Shown here: in pieces, positions 13,027 through 28,000 of the stretch | How positions within the stretch are numbered: position 1 is the stretch's first letter | Layout: each line of letters starts with the position of its first letter | Assembly: GCA_977016875.1 (NCBI GenBank) | Contig: CDRNST010000070.1 | Span: forward strand, 1,054,001-1,118,000 | DNA: 64,000 nucleotides | Direction: 5' to 3' | From: Pavona decussata | Lineage: Eukaryota | Made by a program: the position numbers and the translations under genes | The notes under the pieces: generated by a model | Database searches by the model: none | The model's input: only the letters and a program-made list of their open reading frames with translations | What the model was told of the DNA's origin: nothing

Positions 13027-16000
13027 AGTTGATAATAGGGACCCTCAGATTTGACTACGAGTACGAGATTGAGTACAAGTACACCTTTTAAAATCTAGTT
13101 TGCATGTTTTAGATAACCACTTGTCACACCAATCTTGTTTCTAGGGTCTCCATATCAGTTGGTTAACAACGGGAAGGAGTGAGAGTTTTGGGGATTCGAC
13201 AGGTTTGAAATTAAAAGTCGTACTCGTACTCAATCTCGTACTCTGATCTGAAGGTCCCTAATTGCTCTAGGGGTACTCCCTATATAAGCAAAATAAATAG
13301 GTATGTACGGCGCCAAAGGGCATGGTCTTTGAGCAGCTTTGGTTTGAAAATGGGTATGGATTTTAACGATTTGGGGTCTGAAAGTCTAAAAATGGGTATG
13401 AATTTTACAGAAATAGGTATGGACACTAGAGACCAGGTCTGGAAATGGGTATGAGAAAAGGGTACCAGAAAATGACGTAATCTGGTCTGAAAGAGGATCA
13501 GGGTTTGGAGAACCAAGCCCCACACCCCTACAAAAAAAATTCGAGGAATACCCCATAACTGCACAGTAACCGCTTAGAAATGTGAAAAATGTGCTTAGGC
13601 ATGGAATTTGCAGCTACAGTTAATTAACCAGAATGTTCGTAAGTCAGCTCATAAATTATTTCAGTGGGTGATGGTAGACTTAGTACAAAACGAGTGGAGT
13701 GCCCTTCAAAACGTGGTGGGTTTGGGGAGAGTTAAAACTCTAGTTGCAAGCCAAACTACGCTCACAAAACAGGTCAAACGGAATCCAGCGTACGAAAAAT
13801 ATGGCGGCTGTACATTTTGCCACAATACCTTGCAAACCTTACACAGCCAATAGGTACGTAGAAAGCCATATTTTTTGGCGAGATTCGTCTTTGTACTAAC
13901 AACATTGTGTATGCTAGGTTTGAAGTTATTAGAACTTTTCTGTCCATTTTAATAAGCGTTTTTAGGGTTTTCGTACGCAAAGAATTATGGGTAAATGTCC
14001 CAGTCGCTATCTTTTTCGGTATGGTGGATTTCAATGTATAAAAGGAGCAACTGAAAACCTTCTTAACTTGATAAACAGGAAATTAAATTCTATACATAGC
14101 AGTATCGGACACCAACCTTGGCCCTTGTGCGAGTAAAGATGCTACAGCAGACAACAGGTGAGGTACGTGATGAGTTCCAATCCGGGAACAGACTGTCACC
14201 AGTTCAATCATACATTGAAGAGCTTGTACTCGGTCCAGACCTCGCTCATTCCTTACACGAGCAGCAGACAGGAAACTGGAGCAAGTCACCTGTAAGAAAA
14301 GTTTTGTTTGGTAAAGGGAAAATAGTTGTTGTAAAGAATGCAGGTAGACACTTTTCATTTTGAACATGAACACTGTACCTACGTATTCATCTGCTACATA
14401 ATTCTGTCGCACAGGGAAATTTGAACGAGTTGCAGTAACAGTGAGGTACTTTAAAGAGTGTAAACTTGTTATTTTGGAGGGAGATTTCTGATAGAAGGAC
14501 GGGGCAGAATTTTCACTAGAGTTTCTTGTAGCATAAAATATCCACTCACAGCTTTATCAGGATCACCGACAATAAATGAGAATATTTCTGCAACAGTGGA
14601 AGAGAAAGTTTTGTTCACATCAGCATCTGTCTGATCTTCGGGAGATGACCGACTGTGTTTCTTCTGAACATTCGTTCTCCAACGCTGCAACCTACGCACG
14701 TCATGTATGCCTTCCTGAACTGACAAAGATCGATCCAGCTTGGGTGGTGCCGACAGAGAGCGATTGAGGAGCAGGGAAGGAGGAGACTGGAGCTGACTGT
14801 TGGTGCCGGCTGAAACATATGAGCAGGAGGTATTTTGTCAAAGACTAAAAGACTGCAGAATGCAATGAAATACTTTGGCACTGACATTTTAATTCCCAGA
14901 GCTGAACCTTAAAAACGGTGCCTACTAATAGAGAAGTATTTTTGCACAGTTTCTGACTATGCGGGGAAAGCAGATCTTAGCAAGGGCTATTGAAATCCAC
15001 AAAGAAAATTGGGGGGAACCACGCATTTTTTTAGTTAAGCTAGTTAAGCAACAATTATTCTAAAAAGCAGTAAAATACAAAGCAATGCATGGCGATTTTT
15101 TTCTAAACTGAAGCTTTATTATCTCTGAAAAATGCATGGTTACCCCAAATTTTCTTTTTGCATAACAAGAGCACTTGCTTAGTTCTGCTTTCTCCGCATA
15201 ATTATAAACCGCGCAAAAACATCCTTGTATTAGTAGGTACCACCCATGGGAAACCCAAGTATCTTGAGATGCGCAGAACGTGTGTGCAGTAATTAAAGTA
15301 GGCACCGTCCTAAGTCCGAAAATAAACTTCTGGGAATCTGTGGATGAAATCTTAAAGTGCCTGTGGCCATTTACGCGAAGCCTATTGAGAAATGCTCGCC
15401 TATGGTGCTGTTTATTATGCTGTACAAGGTGGCTCTAACATTTAATTAGTCTTAGAATAAAATCCTAAAACCTTGATCTTCAAGGGAAAGCAATCACGCA
15501 GTACTTTCCTGTGGTATTATGTACCACGCTATATGAACCATTCTAACTTTTGAGTCTGTGATACACATGAAGTCCTAGAGTGTGACTATTCAAATAGAAA
15601 CCATCGAGTGGTAGCCATGGTTCTCTTCATTTTCAGTATTTTATAAATTGATTTTTTCTGTGACTTGAATTAGGTGTTCTTGAAAATGAAAGGAGTGAAC
15701 AAAGGTTCATATTAATGGTAGCATGCTATGTAATGTATAATTCTAGCAAGACGGAGCTAGATTTGTATTTTTTTCCAATTTCAAATTTAGCCACTCCTTG
15801 GTAGATGCACACCTTGTTGTGTTTGGTGACCACAATCCACTGCAGAACTGCAGTGAGACACGCTCCTCTCTGGGGTGGGCTTGCTTCTGTTGGACTCGAT
15901 TGTCACATTACACAACAGCTCTGCACAGTCCAAGATGGAAAACAGAAACTTCTTGGAGACTGGCATCAGGTCTAAGGTGTTGTCACTTTGTTGGCGTTCT

Positions 16001-19000
16001 CCTTTTGCTTCTATCTCCAGACGCTCTCTACGGAGAGTGAATAACCACGTGAACAGTGGAAATTATAGAAACCAGAATTACCAGGCATAACTGGATTCCA
16101 AAATAGAAAACATTGACAAAATAATGAGGACTAACAATATCAATTATGACTACAATCAGCATATTCACACAAGCACGTAATATTTTTAGAAACAACGATA
16201 AAATTTCCTAAGATTGTTGCCGGTATCTTTGAAAATGATCGATAACATCGCTACTCCATCAAGAAGCTAGCCTTGCTTTTCCAAGTTTGTCGGCTTAGAT
16301 TCAGTTTAAACAATCTAAATGGCACAATATTATTTATGACAGCTTAAGACGTAAACTTTTTAAGCCATAGCTGAGGGTAAGACCTGTTTGATTTTCTATG
16401 TACATGTAGTTACGTTTTTGAAATAAATGCTCCAATTAAATGTCCAGCAAAGGCAATACTCACATGAGCTTCCCTATGGATTGTTCCTGCTCTATTGGGT
16501 CGAACTGGACATTTTTGAGGGAACATAGCAACTCAAGCTCCTTGCTTTTGGCCTACAAGACAAAAAAACAATGAAGTCACACTTCATACTGTATTATAGG
16601 AAATACTTCAAACATGATTTATGTTGACATAAAATATCTAACAAAGAAAGTTAACGTGAAATAGAAGGCTAAACTCGAACTTACGAAAATTAACGTGAGT
16701 GTGGAGGTCTCGTATTTCGTCAAGGAAGAGTATGTTGATGAGAGCGAAAATTAACTTATAAGAACAATTTATTCAAAGGTCTAAATATGATAAACATTGA
16801 GAGCCGCTGTTAACTGTGAAAATTTCTTTTGCCTAACGATAAAATGTAGAATTGGGGTAAAATGAAAGAAAAAGCATCGCAAAGACACCGGTAAAAGCTC
16901 CAAGAAATTAAGGTTTGTTAAATTACTAATACGAATTCTTTGAACCACGTTTATATTGTAGCGTTAACTTTGTACCAACGTGAAATAAAGAACCCAAATG
17001 AAACGGTATTCATAGCCAGCTAAACCCAAAAGTAAAGAGCCTTGATACTTTCCAAACTTCTCAGTTAACTTGTCAGTTTTAATGTACCTCTTGTAAGTGA
17101 AAATCATTGAAGAAGGCAGCACTTGGCTGTAGGACTCCTTCCTGTACGTCATTCAGCTCATGCGCCCATTTCTGCTCCATCTCAGCCATCGTCTGCAGTT
17201 GTCTGATCAGCCCATTCAGCCGACTAAATACATCCCTCATCACATCGCAGAGGTAATTATACTCTTCCCCCTCTGTCTCTGTTGCCTGAAGAAGCTCCAG
17301 CCCATGCACAGTCTTGGTGAGTCCCAAGTGTTTGATGACACACCGTACCACTACCTCCTCAATGGCGTCGGGTTGGAGGGCTTGACGTAGGCTTGGACGC
17401 AGTGTGGGGGCTGTCACACCTGAGTATAATAGTAAGATGGTTAATTGTAAGCTTGGTCATGAAATAAGAGAGATGCAGCATCCAGCATGTCACGATCATG
17501 AGACAAAGACAATCTGAGCCCAAAACGAAAGTCAAACCAACAGTTGGTTGCTCTCTGATAGAGATACAGGGTGAGCTGGGTTGGTTATTTATTTTATATG
17601 TGACAAACCCTGAATACTGCTAGGATCAGCAGCATCCAATTATGCTGGTGGACTTCATGCTCTCCATCTCCAAGTTGGCCGCAGCAGTTGCTGCCTCTTC
17701 CCAGGTTTTCACTCATGTCCAGCAGATCTTTCTCTAATACAAAATATGAACATATGTACAGAGCATGGCACTGGGAGGGATTATTACCTGATGCCTCTCT
17801 GAGACGTTTTAAAAGCTCAGGAGAAAGTTTCGAGCTTGATTTGGTCACAATGCTGTCAAAACTGGACACAGTATCCTTCTCTGATTCAATGGTAATGGCG
17901 ATACCAGAAGACCCTAATGTTGACACTGTCTCAGCTGAGGTTGGCCATACACATCTAACAAAACAAAGAGAAGAAAAAATTAACCTTGTCAATGTAAAAG
18001 GCTAATACATCAGGCAATTCCAGCAGTGCCCAACCCCTCCATCGCTCCGGGGGGAGGGCATTTTTTCCTCCTTGTCTGTCTTGGGTACTAGACATTAGTC
18101 TACCCTTGGGCATTTGACAACCTTGTGACTGTCACCTCCTTTCAATGATACGTTCATTGGTAAAGACGATCAATTTGTGATTAACTTTGTCTCAGGAGGA
18201 TGGAAGGAGTTACTTCTCACCAATGTGGCCCAGGTTCCAAATCCCTGACTGCGTTCATATGTGGGCTGATTTTTGTTGACACTCCCCTAGCTCTCAAGGT
18301 TTTTTAATTCTCAGTAGGTTTCCTTTACACTTTGATGTTTTTAAACCTTGTTGTCAAGAAGGAGCTGGAGGTGTCATCTCTTCAAAGGTCACACATTGAG
18401 ATTTTGCTGACTGATTGAAAACTTAGAACCATATATTAACAAGTGCAGTGTTGATGTAATATATCCAACACGAGACACAGTGTTTCCCACACATCAAAGA
18501 CCGAGAGGAAAGTTGAAAATACGATGCGTAGCGGTGTGTTTTTGACGAACTTCAAGTTTTTTGATATTGTGATGAAACACTGTGACGAGTGTTTGATATC
18601 ACTTCTCAAACAAACTGATTCTGAAGGAGAAATTAAGGACGCAAAAACGAGGAGTTTTTCATCAGATATCCAAACACGTCACACTGCATGATTTCCTTTG
18701 TCTTTGACTTTTGGATTATTAATGAGTTTGAGAAGGTGACTTCCGTAAGGTTTTGTTGCCCTTTGTAGAATACTAAAACCATCAAGATCTTACAAGGAAT
18801 GTTTGGTAGAGTGCTTAAATGACTTGTATCTTGTTTGTGGCACTTGAAGAACCCACAAACGAATGCAGAGAATTTAATCATAGGTTCTTTGCTGTATCCC
18901 CTTTCCTGCGACTCATAAGATATCAAAAACCTTTGCAAAGTCAAAACGAATAAATTAATAGTGTCATACCTTTGTAGAAGTTTGGAATCAAATAAATGTT

Positions 19001-22000
19001 GACAGGCATCTTCAGCTTCAGTGTTGCCTGGGCCCTGGTATCTAACATTTAGCAAGCTGTGTGTGAGCAGAGAGAGGCTTAGGCACAAGTCAGTGAAGAA
19101 TGGCAATTTGGAAGGTTTTTCATCATGTTCCTGAAAAGGTAAGATAGTAATGTACAAAAAAACTATTTCCAACATGACTGCTATGACTATTGGCTCCTAC
19201 GAGGCAAACAGTGACTATCAGTCTCTGTAGCACAAAGCATACATTGGTATCAATACTCCCTTTGACTGGAAACTACCCTCTCTCTTTAAGGCTACCCATA
19301 AGCAATTTTATTAGGTTTCTCTACAGTTCACTGACACCCAAATGCATGATTATTTGGGTAGTCAAACATCCTTCTGAAATTCATTAATAATTCATCAAGA
19401 GAAAACAAAGAAAATCACTACTGTGACCGTGGTTTGGATACGTGTTTCTAATTCCCATAAAATTTTGCCCACTTGAGCCTTGTATTTCTCCAAGAATTAA
19501 TGATCATTTGAGAAGCCATATCAAATACTCGAAAGTGTGTTTCATCAGATAGCCAAACACCTCAAAGTCGTTTAAAAAAACTCGGCTGCACCTCGTGTTT
19601 TCAAGCTACTTCTCAGTGTTTGGATATCTGATGAAACATACCTCATGTTTGATATATTACTTCCAAAACATCACTAAGTACTTCAATTTAGGCCACGTTA
19701 ATCAGGAGGCAGTGGTAGTTAGTGATTCTCCCTGTGGCCTGGCACATGGGGCAGTCCCATTGCTTTTTAGGGTAGTAGAGGGCATGTCCTTGGTAAGCAC
19801 CCTTTTTCTTTTCAACTGATTATATCAGTCATGGCATAGCAGTGTCTAGACGTAGCTGTACATAGGGTTGCCATGGTTATGCGTTATGCTCACTTTAAAT
19901 GTCCCACAGCTTTCCCGGCCTTTCCAGAACCAGCCCCCAAGTTTACTGATTTGGTGATGAGTGTAATCATTTTAAATTAGCATTGAAGTAAATATGACCC
20001 AACTTGGCATGAGGCTCCCTGTTGCTCAGTTGGCAGAGCATCCAACTGTGGTCAGAGTGTGGAGGATCAAGCATTTGACTAATCTACTCTTGACCCTTGC
20101 AATTCAATAATGCTTACTTAATACAGTTGAACCTCTCCACAATGGCCACCTTGGGGACAGAAGAAAGTGGCCCTTGTAGAGAGGTGGCCGTTATGGGGAG
20201 GTAGGAGTGTAATATGACACCTTTTTTTTCGGAAGTACAACATGTTTATTATAGCAATCCAATCTTAAATGATATATAGAGGTGAAATACACAATAAAAC
20301 GTAAATAATGTTTCGAATCAAAATGTTAAAAAGACGAAACGAGCAAGGTTCGCAACATTCGCTATGTTATTGTAGACAATTTATGCTTACTGCAGCATAT
20401 AAAGGGAACACAGTCAAAATACGTATATCATTAAAATGGATACAGAAACGTAATGTTCCGAAGACAAATGTGGATTACAGCATCGGTTTATAAAAAATGT
20501 GTTTTTGACCCGGTTTTTTGACAAAAAAGTACTGTACTGGCCTTTGTCGAGAGGTTATTTTGGCAGTTGGGGACGCAGTTTGGTGGCCGTTGCCATTGTA
20601 GAGAGGTGGCCGTTGTAGAGAGGTTTAAACAAGAGCTAATGTATGGACTGTCCGCCGGGACAAAAAAATGTGGCTGTTGTGGAGAGGTGGCTGTTAGTGG
20701 AGGTTCGACTGTATCTGACAATAAAAAACACTTGTAATGAAAAGAAACACAAGCCCATGTATTCTATTCCACACCAATACAACCAATGATTCTACCTTAC
20801 CTTGGTGCTCACAATGCAGCTAAATCCCCACACTGCATTGTCAGGTGTGTTACGCTCTCGAGAACTCTTCACTTGAAAAGATATGGTCACCGAGTCACCC
20901 TCCACCTTGACAGCCTCCTTGGGCCAGCCTAGCCGCACCACGCCTCTCGCACCTACCCCATATGAGTTACCACCAAATTCTGCAACTTTACGACTGGTGG
21001 TGGTCTTACCAGCATAAATAATCACCTGACAGAGTCAAACAAACTGTTTCAGCTCTTTCCTCACCATAAATCAATTTCATGATTCATTTTTTTTTTGTCT
21101 GAAGTGAGCAAGAACCAGCTTTCGGCTTGGCCAAAATTTTTTGAGGATTTTTGACCAGTACCTTCAAATTCACAGAGGTACAAGCGATTTTCCCATTTTC
21201 CTGAAATGCGCTGTGTGAAGACCCTTTTGCCTAGCGTTTTTTGTATGACCTTGAATTTGCCATACTTTTCTTATAGCTTTTGGAAAAAAAAGAAAAAAAA
21301 AAAGATTTTTAAGTTTTTGAAATTGTTCAAAGCCTGAAAATAAAAGTAAACAAATAATTTTTTTGTCTGCCCTGGCCAGCACTTGAACTTGTGACCACCA
21401 GATCACCACTTTTTGACTGAGTTACACTTGGAGGTCTGGGGTTGGTGACCAATACAAAAATTACAGAAAACGGAAAAATAAGAGAAAGAGAAAGATAAAG
21501 ATAGGGTATTACTAGAAGCAGCATGTCATGCAAGTAAGGACCATTTTTAACGAGACCATTTTCTAATGGCCTGACTGCCTCACCTTATCGTATTCATACT
21601 GAGTAGCACACCGGGGGTCAAACTTGAGGAACAGACACGAGGCCCCTGGCAGCACCATTGTCTTGCAGTACTGGTATTCATCCCGGACAGGATGGAGGCT
21701 CTCCACCCTGCGAGGGCTTGACCATGGTGAAGGTGCAACAGCAGAGGAGACTCCTTCAGCTTTATCCTCTCCAACAGATTTCAACTTAGATGTGAGGTAT
21801 GCCACCTGAACAGTTCCAGTCAGAAAGGTAGTACACATTGTCAACAAATTAGAAATAATATTAATGTTACTCCTATGGGGCCACCGATTCGGGGGTTGGG
21901 GGGGGGGGGGGTGGAGTCTAGGGGTGGTTAAGTAAAAAATTTGCTTTGCTATTATTCTGCATTTGAAATTGCTTTCCAGCGTCAAGTCCACTTTTGTAAG

Positions 22001-25000
22001 CATTCTTAGGTGGGTATAACTTGCAGCACATCACTGGTTCAGGGTCATGTTGACAGGTGGTTACAGATGGGCTATGGCCAGGCTTCCATGGTGACTTACA
22101 GCCAAGTCAAAAGATTGGTACCCTGCTCTCTTTCTCAATGTACTTTCAGTGCAATGATAATACTGAAATGGCTTTAGCTTTTAAATATTACTTATACTTG
22201 TCAAACAATCTTGTAATTATACTTCTTCAGGACAAGACACGGTTTGTTGTTTGTTAATTACAGTTCTTCTTACCCTTGTTGCCATCACTGTTACATTTGT
22301 TACAGCAGGCAGAAAACGTTTGGCCACAGAAAGTTGAAGGCATTTTTCAGAAGACACAACAGATGCAAGTAGAGGTAGGGTCTGTCCCACAAGAGTAGCT
22401 TTCATCACATGCTCTAGGCCTTCAACTCTTGATCTAATATCTCCTTTGTATTCCGTTGAAAGCTTGGAAAGAACCTCTAGCACCACATCAAGAATCTGGA
22501 CACAGGAAATCAAATACAAACATGCATTACTAAAATTTGAGGGTCCTTTATAATTGAACAAGGTTTAGAGGACAAGAATAACTTCAAGTACGTGTACATG
22601 TAAAGTTTAAGGAGGGAAATACTGATCTTAGCTAAACCAAAATAATGGAGATCTTTTGGATTATGCTGGACTTTCGATGAGGTATTGAAGAAACCTAGCA
22701 ATATAATATGGAAGTAATTTCAGCAAATCTTTGGTGCACCCACCTGCTGGCAAGCCTCTATAATTTTTAGTGACAGCATTTGACTTTCAACATGTTTCAC
22801 CACATCACTTACAACCTGATAACAACAAGAAAATCATTCTATTAATTTACAGCACGGCTGTAACAAAAGGCAATAAAACCTAAGATATGAAAGGGTTCCA
22901 TACATGACCCAACTGTTGACTTGCAAATGACTTTGTTTTTCCATGGCAATTTATAACTCGAGGCATAACCAACTCATAGTAATTTTTTTCACTGCTTTTT
23001 GTCGTTTCAGCTCAGATTCACTGTTTTTTTTTTCCATGTGGCCTTTAACTCCTCCAGGAAATATTGCCTCAATGTTTTGTCTGCTGTTTTGTACTCTGTT
23101 TTCTAATAAAAAAAAAAATCTTGCCCGTAATAATAATAATAATAATAATAATTAATATTTGTATGGTGCAAATTAGTATGTGTATATGATCAAATGCGCC
23201 TAACAAATTGTATATGTAAAAAATAAAAAATAAAAATAAAAAATAGTTAATTAAAAATAGTTATTTACAATTCTTACAGTCCTTACATCGTATTGTAAGC
23301 AACTCTAAATAAAAATGTCTTCAATTTGGACTTAAAACATGTGAGATTATCCTCGTCCCTTATTGCGCTCGGCAGTTTATTCCACAGTGATGGTGCAGCA
23401 GCAGTAAAAGCCCTGTCACCGAGTGTCTTCTTCGTTTTCGTGGATGGTGGTACTAATAAAAGTTCAGAATTTGAGCGAAGACCATACGTGGAAAAATTCC
23501 TAACATTAACGAGATTACAAATGTAATCAGGTGCTTGGCCATGTATGGCTTTAAAAGTAATTATTAAAATCTTAAAATCAATTCTAAATTTGACTGGTAG
23601 CCAATGTAAAGAAAATAACACGGGAGTAACATGGCTAAAGCGCGGAGTTGAACAAATCAGCCTGGCAGCTGCATTTTGCACGCGTTGCAGCTTATTAATA
23701 TGAGTGGTCGGTAAACCATAGAGGAGACTGTTACAGTAATCAATGCGTCCCATTATGAAGGCATGCACTAGCACCTTGGTAGACTCCATCGTAAGAAACT
23801 TCCTGATGCGTCTTATATTATGCAAATGGTAGAAAGCAGCTTTACATATGTTAGTGATGTGCGTCACTAAACTGAGGTTGGTGTCAAACCAAGTTCCAAG
23901 GTTTCTTGCAGAAATAACAGGAGCCGCGCTGACACCACCGACCGATAATTTCTCGATATGAACTTTGCTAAGCTGTTGTCGTGTACCAATTATTAAGAAT
24001 TCAGTTTTGTCGTCATTTAACTTTAACTGGTCAGTAGTCATCCATGCTCTGATTGCCTTTATGCAAAGTTCCATTGCTTCAATTGCTTCAGATTGGCTTG
24101 ATGAGGTGTCAGGATTGAATGACAAGTAGAGTTGTGTGTCATCTGCGTATGCGTGTGCTACAGGGAGATGATCTTTTATCACCTCAAATAACTTGCTAGA
24201 ATAGATGGTAAATAGCAGGGGTCCCAAACATGAGCCTTGAGGGACACCATGTGGTAACTTGATACTGTCAGAGAGACAGCCCCCTGAAAACACGCGTTGT
24301 GATCGGTTGGAAAGGTACGATTCAAACCACTTCAGAGCCGTTCCTGTGATGCCAAGACTTGAATGTAGGCGATGAAGTAAGATTTTGTGGTCTACCGTGT
24401 CAAAAGCCGCACTGAGATCTAGAAGAACTAAAAGTGTCACATGTTGGCGGTTCATGTTCATTAGTATGTCATTTTGGACCCTTAGGAGTGCAGTCTCAGT
24501 TCTGTGGAATTTCCTATATGCAGACTGAAAAAGGGGAAACAGGCCAAAATTCATCATGTGATTACACGTCTGATCAAATACAGCGCGTTCTGTCAGTTTT
24601 GATAGAAATTGAAGATTACTAACAGGTCGTAGGTTCTTGAACACCGGATCAAGACCAAGGACAAGGTTTACAAGGACTACCTTCCACTCAACGGGGAAGT
24701 AGCCCGAGGACAGCGATGAATTAACTATGTGTGTGATGACAGGGAGGAGCACGTCGAGACAACCAACAACCAGTGAGGTTGGCATAGGATCCAGGGGGCA
24801 AGTCTTCTTCGCTGACTTCTGAATGAGAGCACATACATCACTCTCAGTGAGAGGGTGGAAGGCGCTGAATGTACTACCATCTCCCACTTCAGAGTCAATG
24901 GGTACTGCAGCATCCACATCGGTCGCATCGATATCTGCACGAATTCTGGTGATCTTACGTACAAAAAAGACATTGATGTCATTAGCCAGGACCATTTTAT

Positions 25001-28000
25001 CATGATATTCAGGAAAAGATAATTCATCCTTTCTTGACAGGAGTTTCTTGGTAGCTTGAAATAGCCTTCCTTGATCAGCACTATTCTCATCAATAAAGTT
25101 AGTGTAAAACGCTTGTCTAGCCTGATTCATGAGATGAGTCACGTGGTTTTTCCTAGACTTAAAGATATTAAGATCAGACAGTAATTTAGATTTTTACTCC
25201 AAATGAACTGCAAAAAAGCAAAAAAATATTGGGGTAATGTTTCCTAATTACCGTAAAAGAAATTGAGAGCCAACTCCAAAGATCCGGCAAATCTGAGCTA
25301 AAACAACTGAAAACGATCTAAAAAGCACTAAAGGTTGGTTATGCCCCCAGCCCTTCAATATACTTTACAGAGCGTTTGATGTTATTGTAACCAAAGGTGA
25401 CCTCCTTCCTCAAGTCAGAGGACTAAACCAAATTTGTTAATGTGACACTGTGAGGAAACCAACCTCATCAACAATGAGAGATGATTCCTGATTGTCAGAC
25501 ACGACAACTTCCTTCCAGCCAGTGACAAAGACAGCTGTAAGATACTGGAGCACTGGACACAGGTCCTGTTTCAGAGAAAAATACTTGTGAATATAAAAAT
25601 TATACAATTTTTTCATTACATCATACATGTACATGTATGAGAACAATAAGAACAAGGCTTTATTTTTCCTGTTGGTGTTCACCTCAGGGCTTTGTGTGGT
25701 TCTTGGCCATACCAACAGGGTGCTATATTTACATTGTGAAAGGAATTGTTTTGGGATTGACAACTTACTGGATGTTTGGACACCAATGTACAAAAGACCT
25801 CATCATCCAAACTGCTACATTGGAGGATAGTGTTACAGGATTCTTTGATGCAAACCTTGAGAGCTGCAAACACTACATCTTCAGCTAACCTAAAAAGAAT
25901 AAATTACATGAAAACAAAGGGTAAAGTCACTTGACATAATGAAAAAAGGTCAGTGTCAGAACTAACTCTTTCTCAAACTTACATCCTCTTTCCCACCCTT
26001 GCTTCAGGAAGTTCTAGCCTCTTTGTGCTTTGTCTTGTACAGCACATTAAACAATGAATAATTAAAAAATCGACCACAGTTTTCTATGGATTATACTCCC
26101 ATAGACCATAAAATGACCTCACAAAATGTTCAAAACTCAAGTGGAACCATGAGCCACACTGTCTGGTGAGTGGTTTCACTGCCAAGTTTTGAACATTTTA
26201 TGGTGTCATTTTATGGTTTAGAAAACTGCCCTCAATTTTTTTTACAATAACATGTAAAAAGTATCAGAAGAATTGGCTTTGTTTTCCATAGAGAAAGTGC
26301 ATGCGTTACATCTGACGACATTTTAAATTTCTGTACTCTAACTTATAGATAATAGCTATGAGCCAATAAGCGAGTGGGAATTTTGAAATGTTATTGTAAA
26401 ATGAGATGTAATTTGTTCTCTTATTTGTCGGAATTCTCATAACCTTGGAAATCCAGGGCCGCTTTCCACTTAGCCAAAATGTCCAGTTCAACGAGTTGAA
26501 AAATGAAATAATGGTATGGAAAGACACATCAGAAATTTTATAGAACAAGGAGTTGACCTTTATAGGTACTCCACTCTTAGCTTCAAAAGGTGTATTTATT
26601 TTTTACCTTCCTTTAAGAGATACCCCTGGGTCACTGTTCAAAATTGTGTCGGCTAAATGAATAAGTAATATATCCAAAAGCTGTGCCATTCCAGGAGTGG
26701 GATCCTGTTCAGACAGTAACAGCATAAGTAAAGCACTCCTGTCCACTGCAGTTGGATAAAACACTTCCAGGCCAGCCTTCAACACATTACAAGTCTCCAG
26801 TAGTACTTCGGCTCCAACAGAATCAGCAGGTGAGCAGATCAGTTTCCACAGCAAAAGTCTTGTCTTAGTAACATCACTCACATCTGGTTTGGCCCAACCT
26901 GCACATACACGCCTCATTAGAGTCTGTAGTGCAGCTAACATGGCCGCTGTCATGTCTTGATGCCCTTCTGTTATGGCAGTATTCAGCACACTGCAGATAC
27001 GGCTCATGTCATGTGAATCGTCAGAAGGGCCAGACAAGGGAATCTCACCATTTTCTATTGAAGCCACCTGTATTTTGGCATCAAGTCGTTTGCAGAGGAA
27101 TGTTATGTGGTGTGCTAATGAAGACATGGCATCCAGTGGATTGATGAGATCTTGACCTATTGAAATGTTAGGAGAAAGCATGAAAAAGAAAAGGAGACAC
27201 AATTCTTCAAAAGCAGTAAAATCAACTTAAAGGGGAACATCAAGACATGATTGATCAAATAAAAGACACATTCAACAAACATAGACTTGCATCTTTGGTT
27301 AAGTGACCAAAGTGCACAGTCAAATACTTCTGTCCAGTGTGATTTTACTGCAAATTTTAATGCACACATCACTATTTTTTAGAACTAGCGTTGCAAAGGT
27401 TTTTGTTTTTACCAATTACAGGATAGATAAACTGCAAATGTTGAATCATAAATTTAAAAAAACAGATTACCAATTAAAACCAGCAAAAACATAAAACATA
27501 AAATACTAAAACAATCAAAAAGGAAAGGGTAAATGTAAGATATGCGTGTAGGGAGAAGGAACACAACAAGTATTATTTTGTTATTCAACAGAATGTTTTT
27601 CGACAGGAATACTGTAAAGCTGATGAAGGAAAAAATTAACTCAGCATCATACACATGAACAACTTTGTTTACTTTAAATTATAATTATAATTATTATTCA
27701 CAATACATTATTTTGCATTATATGACTGTATAAATTTTTGTCAACATGACAGTCATTAGTGGTCAAGCAAGCATACAGGTACCAAGTAAATTATTTAAAC
27801 AGACAGTCTCTAACCTGCTTCTTGAGATCCTGAAGGAGTTTTAAGAAGTTGGGATACTTGATTGTAAGATGGATATCCACCTGCAGCCCATTCCCTGATC
27901 ATGTGATTACTATCATAACTCCACAATCTGCCATTGACAGAATCCTGGCACACAACTGGAAAGATGTAAAAAGGTGTCACTTTATTCAAGGGTTTAAAGA

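Noticed and set aside
17594-17787. Extension of HECTD4 exon 15 to 17609, following the ORF
   Set aside because: It gives the wrong phase for the next exon and runs into a repeat fragment; the donor at 17787 fits.
23283-25142. RT as a retron, DGR or domesticated gene
   Set aside because: It has typical L2/CR1 motifs, a 5' truncation, a microsatellite tail and no partner genes.
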